Notes: a model not told the origin generated them from the letters alone. A DNA stretch of 63,843 nucleotides, filler included, from Octopus bimaculoides (GCF_001194135.2; 8 parts of 7 records of this genome joined end to end with filler, not necessarily neighbours in it); one strand, 5' to 3'; shown: positions 49,271 to 62,909, numbered from the whole stretch's first letter. Translations and numbers: made by a program.

Positions 49271-50559
49271 CAGTTCTTTGACAACAGACTAAACGCTCGC
49301 TGGTGTAGGCCGCTAAGCTATATGCAAAACCTTCCGAGATTTTGATAAATTTAACCGCTGAAAAAGAAAATAGTTGCTTTTTTAATAGTGTAATTAATGC
49401 AAATGTTGAATTGGAGTTAAGTAATTTAGTTAACTAAATTATTAATAGTATTTCATTGCATTCCTCTGCGGTCTGAATACAGTTCTTGTTTTGCTGTTAG
49501 TTGTGGTAGTGGTGGTGGTGTTAATGATGGCGTCAATAAATTAAATAGCAGACATACTGTGGTTTTTGTTATTAGAAAACCATGTATAGGTGCAGGTTTT
49601 GCTGTGGTTAAGAAGCTCGATTTACAACAACGTAGTTTCAGGTTCAGTCCTGTTGCGTGGCATCTTGGGCAAGTGTCTTCTACAATAGCCCCAGATCTAC
49701 CAATGCCACGTGGATGAATTTGGTAGACGGAAACTGCGTGGAAGGCAGTCGTATACTAAAATGTTCTTCATGATAAAATTATTTTAGCATTTTCTACCTT
49801 GTCTTATTTTCCTTATACATATATCGTTTCTATTATGCAAAAATGTCGTAAGTCCCAAACNNNNNNNNNNNNNNNNNNNNNNNNNNNNNNNNNNNNNNNN
49901 NNNNNNNNNNNNNNNNNNNNNNNNNNNNNNNNNNNNNNNNNNNNNNNNNNNNNNNNNNNNNNNNNNNNNNNNNNNNNNNNNNNNNNNNNNNNNNNNNNNT
50001 ATATATATATATATATTGTGAGGATTTACAAAAAAACAAAAGACGAAGACAGATGTGTAAACAACAAACTGATGTATGAGTTTATATATATATATATATA
50101 TATCTGTATATATATATATCTGTATATATATATATCTGTATATGTACATCCGTATCAGACATAGCCATTTGTCGAATCTTCAACAACCAAAGCTTAGTCT
50201 GTCAGATACTAATTTCTTGTCGTCTCAGTAAAAACAAATAAATATCTTAATGTACAACACACATGCTGTCTGTAATCTCTTAGTGACGCTAATCTTTTGA
50301 AATAAACCATAATCTTCGTTTTTTCTTTCTTGCACTCGCCTGTCTGCTTACTTGACAATAGTAACCTTTTTACATTTATGAAGAGAGCCAATAGTACAGG
50401 TGACTTAACAGATGCCTTGTCATTTCCTCGAGATTTCTAAGAGTTCGTAGATCTCCTCGGTGACTGCAACGTGTTTTTTCTTTCTGACAAGGACAGTTCC
50501 GGTAGTCGTAGTGGCGATAGCGATGTTGCTGTTGCTAATGTTTATATGGATGCTAATGC

Positions 50560-51000
50560 AGTGAGCTGGCAGAATCGTTAGCACGCTGGGCGAAATTCTT
50601 AGTGGCATTTTAGTCTGTCTTTATGTTCTGAGTTCAAATTCCTCCGAGGTCGACTTTGCCTATCGGGGTCGATAAAATAAATGCCAGTTAAGCACTGGAG
50701 TCGATGTAATCAACTGCCCCATCCCCCAAAATTGCAGGCTTTGTACCAAAATTTGAAACTGATATTTGTAACGTTCCTAAGGCGACGAACTGACAGAATC
50801 GTTAACACGTCTGGTAAAATGCTTAGCGGCGTTTCGTCCGCTTTTACGTTTTGAGTTCAAATTCTGCCGAGGTCGACTTTTGTATTTCCTCTTTTCAGGG
50901 TTGATGAAGTAAGTACCAGTTATGCTCTGAGGTCGATGTAATCGACTTACTCCCTCTGCCGAAACTGTTGGCCTTGTGCCAAAATTTGAAACCAAGATTT
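50560..51000 (+). mobile_element. Two tandem SINE family A copies (50560-50765 and 50778-51000)
   Basis: Both have head, central block and type-1 tail. Confidence 0.88.
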
Positions 51001-51990
51001 GTAGGGTCGCTGGTGTTTGTGCTCGTTGTGCGTGTCTTTGGATGTCTTTAGCGGTGTTCATTCTGTTGTAGGTATTCAAGCCAGTTCTCTGGCTTCGGAA
51101 ACCCTGGCAGGAGCTGAAAGAGCCTGAAAAGGGCTGAAAAGATGAGCACTGAGACCCTTTCTTCTCTAAACCATTAATGAAACAAAAAGTAAGCAGGGTA
51201 ATCCTGACGGTGATGGAGACGATGTTGGCGACGGTTATGGTGGTGACTGTAATGGCGATGGTGTTACTGCGGACGTTGTCGCGTAGTTCTTGGTCAGCCC
51301 TGTTCCTGCAAGCCTATGGTTATAAACTTTCCATTCATTACAATCCCATCTTCAGTTTTTCACAGATATGAAAGAAGTGACGTATCAAAGTGATTACAGA
51401 GCAACATAAGATGATGAACACAACGCACCATCCGCTCCTGAAATTGAACCTACGATCTCGCGATCGTGATTGTAACATCCAAACAACTAAGCCACGAGCA
51501 GTCACTTAGATCATATTCTCTAAACGTGCCTTACTTTAAAAAGATCTTATGGTGTGAAATGAGGTACACTTGGTTGCTATTTCTAGCAGATCACGAAACT
51601 GCAAAAAGGCTCCTACGTTGATTCGTGGTGGTGGTGGTGGTGGCGTTGAAGGCGGTAATGATGAAGCCACTGATGATGATGCTGGTTGTGGTAAAGCTTG
51701 TAATTGCGATGATGGTGGTCGTGATGGTGGGGTGGGGGGTTTAAGGCGATAGTAATGATAATGATGATGGTGTTGGTTTGATGGTATTGATGAAGGCGTT
51801 GATGATAATGGTGGTAATGATGATGGTAGTAGTGGTGATGGTGATGCTGATAGTTCTGATGGTATTGATGAAGATGGCGGCTGCGGCTGTGGTGGTGGTG
51901 GTGGTGGTGGTGGTGGTAGAAATGAATGCAGTGCTGACAACGGACGCGTAACTTGATAATACTAACATGCAGATTTGTAACAGCAGCAGC

Positions 51991-52043
<53 letters not shown>

Positions 52044-52050
52044 AAGAAGA

Positions 52051-52083
<33 letters not shown>

Positions 52084-52194
52084 TTTAGCAAATTGTGATG
52101 GAGAAACAAATGATGATGATGATAATGAAATCGATTAAAGGTTGTTCCTCGTTTATTCACCTAAAGTATATCATATATATATATATATATACGC

Positions 52195-52380
52195 ATGGGT
52201 TAAAGCGTCGAATTCACAATCGTGAGGTAGTGAGTTCGGTTCCTCGACAGAGCTGTGTTGTGTTCTTGAACAAGAGACTTTATATTACGCTGTTCCAGTT
52301 CACTCAGTTGTAGAAATGTGTTGCGACGTCACTGGTGCCAATCTGTATTGGCCCCTTTGCCTTTCTCTTGGATAACATCC
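52195..52380 (+). mobile_element. CORE-like SINE with a different tail; related fragment on - at 51370-51505
   Basis: tRNA-like head (gagttcggttcc) plus gttgtgttcttgaacaagagacttta...ccagttcactcag. Confidence 0.6.
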
Positions 52381-52416
<36 letters not shown>

Positions 52417-53107
52417 ATGTACGTTTGTGTGTGTTTGTGTATATATATATATGTGTGTGTGTGTTTGTGTGTGTGTGTATCTGTATATACATTCATTTAT
52501 CCATACACACATATATACATATGTATATATAAACATACTATATGTATTATACTTGCATACTCTCACTCACGCACAATCAATTATACAGACAAACACAGAG
52601 ACGCACACATACATACAAAATACGTACACACACATACACACGCGCGCGCACTTATGCCTGCAAATGATGCCACCATAGTTCTGGCAGAGAGAACAGGTCT
52701 CAGATGTCAAGTAATTTTAACCAAAAATAGCCATAAAATAAAATTAAAAAAAACACTCACCCCACCCCACCTCAAGTACTTCCAAGTAGATCTTCTCATT
52801 TCATCACAATGCTCTCGAAAAAAAGGACACTCTTCTTCTACTTCTTCTCCAGCTCCTCCGCCTCATTCCCCTGTCTCCTCTTCCTCTCTCTCTCCTGCTC
52901 CTCCTCTTCATCTCTCCTTCCTCTTCACCTCTTCTTCCTCCACTTCCCCTCTCCTACCTTCGCCTCCTCTTCCTTCCACCTCTTCCCTCCTCCTATTCCC
53001 ACCTCCTCATTCTCTTTTTCATCCCTCTCCTATCCTCATCTCCCTCCTACCGCAATCGCTTTTCCTCCTCTTCCCCTCGTCCACTACACCATTCTTCTTA
53101 GCCATGC

Positions 53108-53232
53108 CTCTTCTTCTTCTTCTTCTTCTTCTTCTTCTTCTTCTTCTTCTTCTTCTTCTTCTTCTTCTTCTTCTTCTTCTTCTTCTTCTTCTTCTTCTTC
53201 TTCTTCTTCTTCTTCTTCTTCTTCTTCTTCTT
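53108..53232. repeat. (TCT)n microsatellite following a ~300-bp pyrimidine-rich tract (52825-53100)
   Basis: Directly visible. Confidence 0.95.
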
Positions 53233-55091
53233 NNNNNNNNNNNNNNNNNNNNNNNNNNNNNNNNNNNNNNNNNNNNNNNNNNNNNNNNNNNNNNNNNNNN
53301 NNNNNNNNNNNNNNNNNNNNNNNNNNNNNNNNNNNNNNNNNNNNNNNNNNNNNNNNNNNNNNNNNNNNNNNNNNNNNNNNNNNNNNNNNNNNNNNNNNNN
53401 NNNNNNNNNNNNNNNNNNNNNNNNNNNNNNNNNNNNNNNNNNNNNNNNNNNNNNNNNNNNNNNNNNNNNNNNNNNNNNNNNNNNNNNNNNNNNNNNNNNN
53501 NNNNNNNNNNNNNNNNNNNNNNNNNNNNNNNNNNNNNNNNNNNNNNNACACACACACACACACAAACACGATGTTCTTCCAACAGTTTCCGTCTTCAAGA
53601 TCCGCAAAGGTGCAACGCAGTGGGAATCGACCCAGAACCTTGGGAAGTAAGCTTCTTACCACACAGTCAAGCCTTTGCAATAATCAGATTGAAATATGTT
53701 CTATTATTCTACAACAATTCAAGAGTATTCATTTTAAAGATTAGAAGTGTGCAGCTGCAAAAATAATTAAAGATTTATCATCTAAGACAGGTTAAAGTTT
53801 TGGGACCGAAAGTAAAACCAAGAAGAATGGGTTAAGTATTTCCTGCTTTGGCTCAAAATGCATGTTTCTTTATGTAAATTCTTTACAATTAAAAGTGACC
53901 CAGAAGCATAATTTACGAAATTACTTTTTTGCTAACGAACTCTAATGTACTCAAACAAAAATATTTGATGACATATAAAATAGACGTTTTTTTTCCACGA
54001 AAAATGTCTCAAAAAGTTACACCGGGTCCTGCATGCGTATTTGGGCTTCCATAAGCTAACTTTGTTCCTGACGCCCATTTTCCCCCTGAATATGCGCTGC
54101 TGAAATTAGGGTGCTTCTAAAATGCTGTGTATCTTTTATTTTATCAAATTCAACAAGGCTTAGTAAATCTAAAATGGACGCCTACTTAGTTTTTGTTGTA
54201 ATGGTATAGTCATAGCGAGAAGTTCGTTCTTGGACCATTAATACAGTCAAAATCCAGTATAGATATATTTTGAACAAATAGAAAGAACTTTAGCCAAAGG
54301 AAGTTTAGTAAACACCAATTAACTGAGCGAAGCCAGATTAAAAATTGCAGCAATTGTAGATCATCCCACCGTTCTCCTAGATCCTGTCACGCATTTAATA
54401 ATGGTAAATTAGTCCATTTCGTAAAATTCCGCTGATCAAACCGCTATATGCTATTTAATGTGTTATTACTTTAATGTTCAGGCTATGAGTCCTACATTTC
54501 ACGATGAGGGAGTAACATTAAATGTTAATTGTGCAACAAATGGTAATTGCGTCAGGTTATTTATAAATTAGATGGCCACCCTGTTTAAATGCAATTGGAT
54601 ACTGGTGGGACATACTCCATCGTTCCAGTTTCTGTTAAGTTGCTCTATCGTTTCGGTTATGCTCTTAAGACATTCATCATTAATCATCAAACCAGTTGAT
54701 TGACGCTTAACTTCTTATGACTGTTCAAAATTAGATGTAGCTGGCAACAAGAACAGCTTTGCTTGACTGTACAGATAAATGAATAAATATATAAGTAAAA
54801 ATGATAATTCTTTCTAATGTAGGTACCAAGCCTGGAAATGTTTTNNNNNNNNNNNNNNNNNNNNNNNNNNNNNNNNNNNNNNNNNNNNTTAATTAATTAA
54901 NNNNNNNNNNNNNNNNNNNNNNNNNNNNNNNNNNNNNNNNNNNNATATATATATCGGCGCACGAGTAGCTATGTGGTAAGAAGCTTGCTTCCCAAACACA
55001 TGGCACCTTGGGCAAGTGTATTCTACTATAGCCTCGGGCCGACCAAAGCAGTTTGAGTTGATTTGGTAGACGGAAACTGAAAGAAGCCGGT

Positions 55092-55127
<36 letters not shown>

Positions 55128-56749
55128 AGCAACAAGGATATCTAAAGTTAATGCAGTGGTCGATCGTTTCATGCAATGTAAACATTTAGTTTTAGATATT
55201 TGATATATTAAATACTTTCTATAATTCTTATTTATTGTGATTACTAAATCACACATTAACTTCATCTTGATGTTAGAGATTTGACTAATTTATACCCTTT
55301 TCCTTTCCGTGATGTGTTTTTTCTACCCTACTTGACTATTTTATACCTCATAATTATCTCTAGACATACTTATTATTTGGCACCCCTATAAATCTATCCT
55401 TAGAATATACAAATACGGGTATTTTCAGTTCATCCTTATAAATACAAGCTACAGCATTAACTTTCCTTTAGTTTAGATTGGATTGTAGTTACTATAGAGA
55501 TAAGCTAATCAAGTAAATTTGAATATTTTTAGTTTTAGATATTGGATATATTAAATATTTTCTTTAATTCTTATTTATTGTGATTACTAAATCACATATT
55601 TAAATTGAAATTTAACTTTTATAGCAAATTTTTGATCTCTCACCTTAATGTATAACCTTGCTGTGAAGACTAGAATTTCAACTTTATCCATTGATGGTGT
55701 ATGGTTTTACTTAAATTTTTCCATATGACATTTTCTATTGCTGTTAGTTTAGTGTGTATCTTACTTAACTTTAAAGAATAGGATGTTTGAAATTTTTTAA
55801 TAGTTTTTAAAACTTTTAGTTGATGCCTGACCCTAAATAATTCATGTTATTTTATTGTTGTTGTAGTATTATCATTGTTATTTATGAGTAGTTTAAATTA
55901 ATCTAATCCTTGTTCCATTACTATTTTGTACTTAGCCTATGTTAGTTAATACCAGTTCCTGATAATTTAAGATAATGCAATCTAAATTAGTACATAATTA
56001 TCATGTTCTCTATTAATAGTTTAATTCACCATTATATACTATGTTAATTCCAATCGTTCATTTTATCAGTATCTTAAACCTTGATGAGTCCATCATTATA
56101 TACCATGTAAATCCAATGTATCAATTCTTTATATTAACTGTATAATAAATTTATTTCTTACGTGTCCTTTTAATGATATTAGATATGCAAGTTTAATTTC
56201 AAAATTTTAGTACATTAAATATATATAAATTTTAATTTCACATGTTATCTATGGGTCCTTTATATTGGTGTAAATAAGTCTAAATGTACTTTACCATCGC
56301 ATTTTAAATTAATGCCACTTCATTGTTTTTGTATACTGCCTTAATTGATTATTTACATTATTATATACTATTTCATTTTATTTTCTTATTAATTTATAAT
56401 TAGCCTTTATATATTCATATATTAATTAAGCAAATATTGTTATCTCAAGTATTTCAAACTTAGCATATGTAAAACAATATTGATATATTATTCTGATTAG
56501 CGAAAACTATGAAAATCTATATACAATAGAGCAACTTTATTTTTATATACGTCTGACCTAGGTGCTTTATGATAAGACATCCCCTGTTCCATTATAAACC
56601 GTTCTGCTAGTAGAGAACCCCCCGCCCCCATAGTAGTTTGTCACCAAACCCTAAGAAATTTTATAACTATACAAGTCACTACACACACTTACAAATTCTC
56701 ACATACACACGCATGAGAACTTTCGTTTTGGGATCACCAATACTTCATT

Positions 56750-57005
56750 ATCTCCCCTACTTTCTACCTCTCCTGTCAAATCTTTTTTTACCCAACCAGT
56801 CGCCATGCTTGATCGCTAAATCCACAAGTTTCTTTTATTCTCTCTCTGTTCATGTTCTCTTATTCCTTTCTGTTCAATAGCGTAGGCTCGAAATGTAAAA
56901 GATTTTCTCCCCTTTTCCCGAACGTCAAACAAATACACCTGCTTGTTGTTCATACACCTGTCTTTGTCTTTTGTTTTACTGTAAATTTCAACTATATATA
57001 TATAT
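56750..57005 (+). mobile_element. Dispersed repeat end (probable PLE 3' terminal sequence); inverted fragment at 50015-50080
   Basis: ttgttgttcatacacctgtctttgtcttttgttttactgtaaat matches the reverse complement of 50020-50070. Confidence 0.5.
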
Positions 57006-57477
57006 ATNNNNNNNNNNNNNNNNNNNNNNNNNNNNNNNNNNNNNNNNNNNNNNNNNNNNNNNNNNNNNNNNNNNNNNNNNNNNNNNNNNNNNNNNNNNNN
57101 NNNNNNNNNNNNNNNNNNNNNNNNNNNNNNNNNNNNNNNNNNNNNNNNNNNNNNNNNNNNNNNNNNNNNNNNNNNNNNNNNNNNNNNNNNNNNNNNNNNN
57201 NNNNNNNNNNNNNNNNNNNNNNNNNNNNNNNNNNNNNNNNNNNNNNNNATATATATATAATGCAAAATGGGACAAGAACGCAAAACTTCCAGACAGTTAT
57301 GTTATACAAGAAAAGGACAACAAAACATCCAGATAGACGATACGAAGAAAACAAGGACAGGTCATTCGGAGTTTTCTTTCCTCAGTCGAGTTCCAGATTA
57401 TCTTTGCAATTTCGGTTGGTTATACTCGAGTATAACACCAGCCGAAATTGCAAAGATAATCTGAATGACCGGTCCTG

Positions 57478-57528
<51 letters not shown>

Positions 57529-58981
57529 TGTGTCTGTATGTATGTACATACATATTTGTATATGTATATATATGTAATATGTATGTTTGCTTGAATGTGT
57601 CAATGTTTGCATATGCTTGTATGTAGTCCTTCACAGAACAGTACTAGACTTATTCATGCAATTAACCTAGTATGAGAGCAATAAGTACGGTTCTCAACCT
57701 CAACCTCAACCGGGTAAAATGCAACAAAACCAGGCAATATGAATGTTCTTCACTTCACACCACAATTTAAATTATGCTTGCTATACTAACAATAATAGTT
57801 GCAAGGCTGGTTTGCTGTGCAAGAATACGAGGGTGTTCCAAAAACTTCCTAGTTTCAAGGGTATCGGGAAAGGCCTGGTTGGAGACCCAGCTTCCGAGTT
57901 CGTTTGTAGGGCTTTTATTGAAATTTAAGATTTATGTCATGTTTGAGGAACATTCTAAAAATTCTATCTTTATGTAGCGCTGTAGTTTCCAATCTATGTT
58001 ATGTGAGATTAAAAATAGAATCATAATTTAAGATCAGAATATTTTATCATTACTTTTTCATATTCCCAGATTAAAATTATAACGATGTGTGCTTATACTG
58101 TGCATGCTTATACTCACCCGCAGAACCCAATAGGTTCGATTTAACAGCTGCATAATTTAGCTTTTTTTATAACAAATACCGTTGTGTACATATATATTAC
58201 GTATCAGGCAAAAAGATACAGCTCAAAGCTTGAGGTTAGTTTTCTACAGAATACCTAATATTACGGATCATCAGAATGAAATAACTGGTAAAATTTTCGT
58301 TAGTCTGGTTTTGTGCAAACCGTAAATGAACCATATCATTTCTTAAAGTTTATCACAACCTGTAAATATCTGAATTTAATGAAGAATATAGCTCTCCATA
58401 TTTTAATTAAATTTTATTTTCATTTTCAAGACATTCAAGATAAGTATATCGGCTGTCATTAGTGACAGCAAGACTCATTAAAATGGTGTGTCTGCATCCT
58501 TGTAAAGTTTAGAAAGAGCTGGTGTAGTGCATTGGAGACACTTCAACATGTGGGAAAAGTATTTCCTTCAAACATACCCGATCTATTTGGGATTTTCACT
58601 CAACAATGCAATGACCCTGGTGAAATAAATATATACTGGTAAATAATTCATCATCATTTCGCGAGCCTTTACGTGGTCGTTCGATTTTCCGGAAATTGTA
58701 GACAAATCTCCGTCAAATAGTACCCTACCGCTTTAGAAACGGATAAGTTGGATATTAGGGTTCTGAGTTTACTGTATACAGCATGGTGACGGTTGGAACG
58801 AATCTAATCATAAGACTCTCGTTGATGGATGAGAGAAAGTGAGACGACTACAATCACAAAGACAACAATAACAACTGCACCATCTAATGATGCAACAAGA
58901 TAGAAATGTTCTGTTATGTATATATATGTATAGAGAGAGAGAGGGAGAGTGAATGAAAGACAAATAGAAAGAGAGAGACAG

Positions 58982-59025
<44 letters not shown>

Positions 59026-59304
59026 ATATATATACACATGATATATGAGTGTGTGTATATATACTCATATATATATATACTCATATATATATATATANNN
59101 NNNNNNNNNNNNNNNNNNNNNNNNNNNNNNNNNNNNNNNNNNNNNNNNNNNNNNNNNNNNNNNNNNNNNNNNNNNNNNNNNNNNNNNNNNNNNNNNNNNN
59201 NNNNNNNNNNNNNNNNNNNNNNNNNNNNNNNNNNNNNNNNNNNNNNNNNNNNNNNNNNNNNNNNNNNNNNNNNNNNNNNNNNNNNNNNNNNNNNNNNNNN
59301 NNNN

Positions 59305-59623
59305 TCCTGTTGATCCGATCAACGGAACAGCCTGCTCGTGAAATTAACGTGCAAGTGGCTGAGCACACCACAGACACGTATACCCTTAACGTAGTTCTCG
59401 GCTGGCCCTTTGAAATACAGGTACAACAAAAACAGGAGGAAAGAGTGAGAGAAAGTTGTGGTGAAAGAGTACAACAGGGTTCGCCACCATCTCCTGCCGG
59501 AGCCTCGTGGAGCTTTTAGGTGTTTTCGCTCAATAAACACTCACAACTCCCGATCTGGGAATCGAAACCGCGATCCTATGACCACGAGTCCGCTGCCCTA
59601 ACCACTGGGCCATTGCGCCTCCA
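59305..59623 (-). mobile_element. SINE family B with an internal ~35-bp deletion
   Basis: Aligns with 43241-43629 but lacks the cagcgtgacacagt..gacaag block at about 59400. Confidence 0.9.
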
Positions 59624-60315
59624 TATATATGTATATATATGTATATACACTCATATATATATAAATATTTGTATATTCACCAATATATACAAAAATATGC
59701 ACGAGATAGTATCAAAATAGCCTTTGAATAACACCTTAACATCTTCAAATATGAAAGGTCATCACCAATGCAGTACTAGATACTCTTGAAAATGTAAGAT
59801 GGTCATGAATCGATTGATTTCGATCATAGGTCTGTAACAATAGGCTGGACTTGGAGAGAATCCCAAGGATTTATAATATTTATTACATTTCTCACCATTA
59901 ATTTTCATTATTATTTCTTTCATGATTCTTTTCATCAAACAATAGCTATATTTCTCTCAAAATGTGTGATTTCACTCTTAATTATGTACAACAAAAGATG
60001 TAACTAAAAGAAAATCCATTGCTTCTTACTTGAAATATTTCTGATGGACTTCGTAAAAGTCATGTTAATTGAAGTCATACAGCGTCTATGACGTTATATT
60101 ATAGATGAGCAAGTCCGTAACCAGCAGAGAAACAATGGGAAAACTATTTCCGTAAATACATTTTCTTCTCCGACGACCATAACAAGATAGCAAGTCAAGA
60201 AAATGAGAAAATGTCCAATGCTTTATCGGTCAATAGCCTAAAGTTCTATGTGTTTGTATGAGAGAGAGAGAGAGAAATGCATACATTCATACATACATAT
60301 ATACATACATACATA

Positions 60316-60510
60316 TCATCATCATCATCATCATCGTTTAACGTCCGCTTTCCATGCTAGCATGGGTTGGACGATTTGACTGAGGACTGGTGAAACCGGA
60401 TGGCAACACCAGGCTCCAGTCTGATTTGGCAGAGTTTCTACAGCTGGATGCCCTTCCTAACGCCAACCACTCAGAGAGTGTAGTGGGTGCTTTTACGTGT
60501 CACCCGCACG
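60316..60510 (-). mobile_element. Young RTE 3'-UTR copy
   Basis: Reverse complement appears identical to 30476-30669. Confidence 0.92.
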
Positions 60511-60610
60511 NNNNNNNNNNNNNNNNNNNNNNNNNNNNNNNNNNNNNNNNNNNNTTAATTAATTAANNNNNNNNNNNNNNNNNNNNNNNNNNNNNNNNNN
60601 NNNNNNNNNN

Positions 60611-61871
60611 AACCAAAAAGGAAGGGGTAACCAGAAAGGAAGGGATAGCCAGAAAGGACGCGATAACGAGAAAGGAAGCGATAACCAGAAAGGAAGCGGT
60701 AACCAGAAAGGAAGGGATAACCACAAAGGAAGGATAACCAAAAAGGAAGGGATAACCAAAAAGGAAGGATAACCAAAAAGGAAGGGATAACCAAAAAGGA
60801 AGGGGTAACCAGAAAGGAAGGGATAGCCAGAAAGNNNNNNNNNNNNNNNNNNNNNNNNNNNNNNNNNNNNNNNNNNNNNNNNNNNNNNNNNNNNNNNNNN
60901 NNNNNNNNNNNNNNNNNNNNNNNNNAAGGGGTAGCCAGAAAGGAAGGGGTAACGAGAAAGGAAGGATAAACATAAAGGAAGGGGTAACCAGAAAGGAAGG
61001 ATAACCAGAAATGAAGGGGTAACCAGAAAGGAATGGGTAACCAGAAAGGAAGGGATATCCAGAAGGGAAGGGGTAACCAGAAAGGAAGGGATAGCCAGAA
61101 AGGAAGGGGTAACCAGAAAGGAAGGGATTACCAGAAGGGAAGGATAACCAGAAAGGAAGGGATAACCAGAAAGGAAGAGTAACCAGAAAGGAAAGGATAA
61201 CCAGAAAGGAAGGGATAACCAGAAAGGAAGGGATAGCCAGAAAGNNNNNNNNNNCCAGAAAGGAAGGGATAACCAGAAAGGAAGGGATAGCCAGAAAGGA
61301 AGGGCTAACCAGAAAGGAAGGGCTAACCACAAAGGAAGGATAACCAAAAAGGAAGGGGTAACCAGAAAGGAAGGGATAGCCAGAAAGNNNNNNNNNNGAA
61401 GGGGTAACCAGAAAGGAAGGGATAGCCAGAAAGGACGGGATAACCAGAAACGAAGGGGTAACCAGAAAGGAAGGATAACCAGAAAAGAAGGGATAACCAG
61501 AAAGGAAGGGATAACCAGAAAGGAAGGGGTAACCAGNNNNNNNNNNNNNNNNNNNNNNNNNNNNNNNNNNNNNNNNNNNNNNNNNNNNNNNNNNNNNNNN
61601 NNNNNNNNNNNNNNNNNNNNNNNNNNNNNNNNNNNNNNNNNNNNNNNNNNNNNNNNNNNNNNNNNNNNNNNNNNGGAAGGATAACCAGAAAGGAAGGGGT
61701 AACCAGCAAGGAAGGATAACCAGAATGGAAGGGGAAACCAGAAACGAAGGGTTAACCAGAAAGAAAGGATGACCAGAGAGGAAGGGGTAACCAGAAAGGA
61801 AGGGATAACCAGAAAGGAAGTGGTAACCAGAAAGGAAGGGATAACCAGAAAGGAAGGGGTAACCAGAAAGG
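60611..61871. repeat. Minisatellite, 17-18-bp unit AACCAGAAAGGAAGG(G)(A/G)T, at least 45 visible copies, gapped
   Basis: Directly visible. Confidence 0.95.
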
Positions 61872-61971
61872 NNNNNNNNNNNNNNNNNNNNNNNNNNNNN
61901 NNNNNNNNNNNNNNNTTAATTAATTAANNNNNNNNNNNNNNNNNNNNNNNNNNNNNNNNNNNNNNNNNNNN

Positions 61972-62245
61972 CGTCTGCCACTGCGTTCTGAGTTCAAATT
62001 CCGCCGAGGTCGACTTTGCCTTTCATCCTTTCGGGGTCGATAAATTAAGTACCAGTTACGCACTGGGGTCGATATAATCGACTTAATCCGTTTGTCTGTT
62101 CTTGTTTGTCCCCTCTGTGTGTAGCCCCTTGTGGGCAGTAAAGAAATAGGTATTTCGTCTGCCGCTACGTTCTCAGTTCAAATTCCGCAGAGGTCGACTT
62201 TGTCTTTCATCCTTTCGGGGATATATTTAGACATTAAATCCTCTA
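61972..62245 (+). mobile_element. SINE family A with type-2 tail (61972-62148) followed by a partial second copy
   Basis: Near-consensus sequence. Confidence 0.9.
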
Positions 62246-62846
62246 TTAAAAAGGGAATAATGTATAACTGTACACACACCTACGCATTTTTACTAATGAA
62301 TAGAGATACGTGTATGTATATATACAAGCATACGTATGTAAGTAAGTATATATGTATGCGTGCTTGTATGTGTGTGTGTGTGTATGTATGCATGTATGCC
62401 TGCATGTATGTATGTGGATATGTATGTGTGTGGGTATATGTATGCATGTATGTATGTATGTATAAACATTGTTTATTTATACATTTAATGTGATTATCAT
62501 TATCTGAGAATTTAAGAAAACCGTTTAATATGAAAGGTCTCAATATATTCAACTGTAGGGTCTGACGATTGTACAATAGGTTCGAAACTAACAGATTTGT
62601 CGTCGCATGCGTGCGTGTATGTATATGTATACATGCATATGTACAAGCGTGTATGCTTACACACACACATAATTTATTTCGACAACTACTATTCCAAAAG
62701 AGAATTATTTCACGTTCTCTCGAAAGTTTATAAAATTCTTATGATGTCAACAATATATGTATGTGTGCATGTGTGCGTGTGTGTATGTCTGTGTGTGTGT
62801 GTGTATGCATATATATGAGTATGCTTGTATATACAAATACACACAC

Positions 62847-62909
<63 letters not shown>

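Noticed and set aside
57359-57392. Hammerhead-like CTGAGGA...CGAA on the minus strand (also 44594-44625)
   Set aside because: Both copies have GAAT rather than GAAA and a poor stem II, so I do not call it a ribozyme.
57825-57850. Mariner-like terminus TACGAGGGTGTTCCAAAAA
   Set aside because: No partner TIR or transposase found nearby.
60555-61709. Repetitive ORFs SGYPFL, FWLSLP and LVIPSF
   Set aside because: Open frames are a by-product of a stop-poor 18-bp unit. Interspersed 17-bp units shift frame and no splice context is seen.
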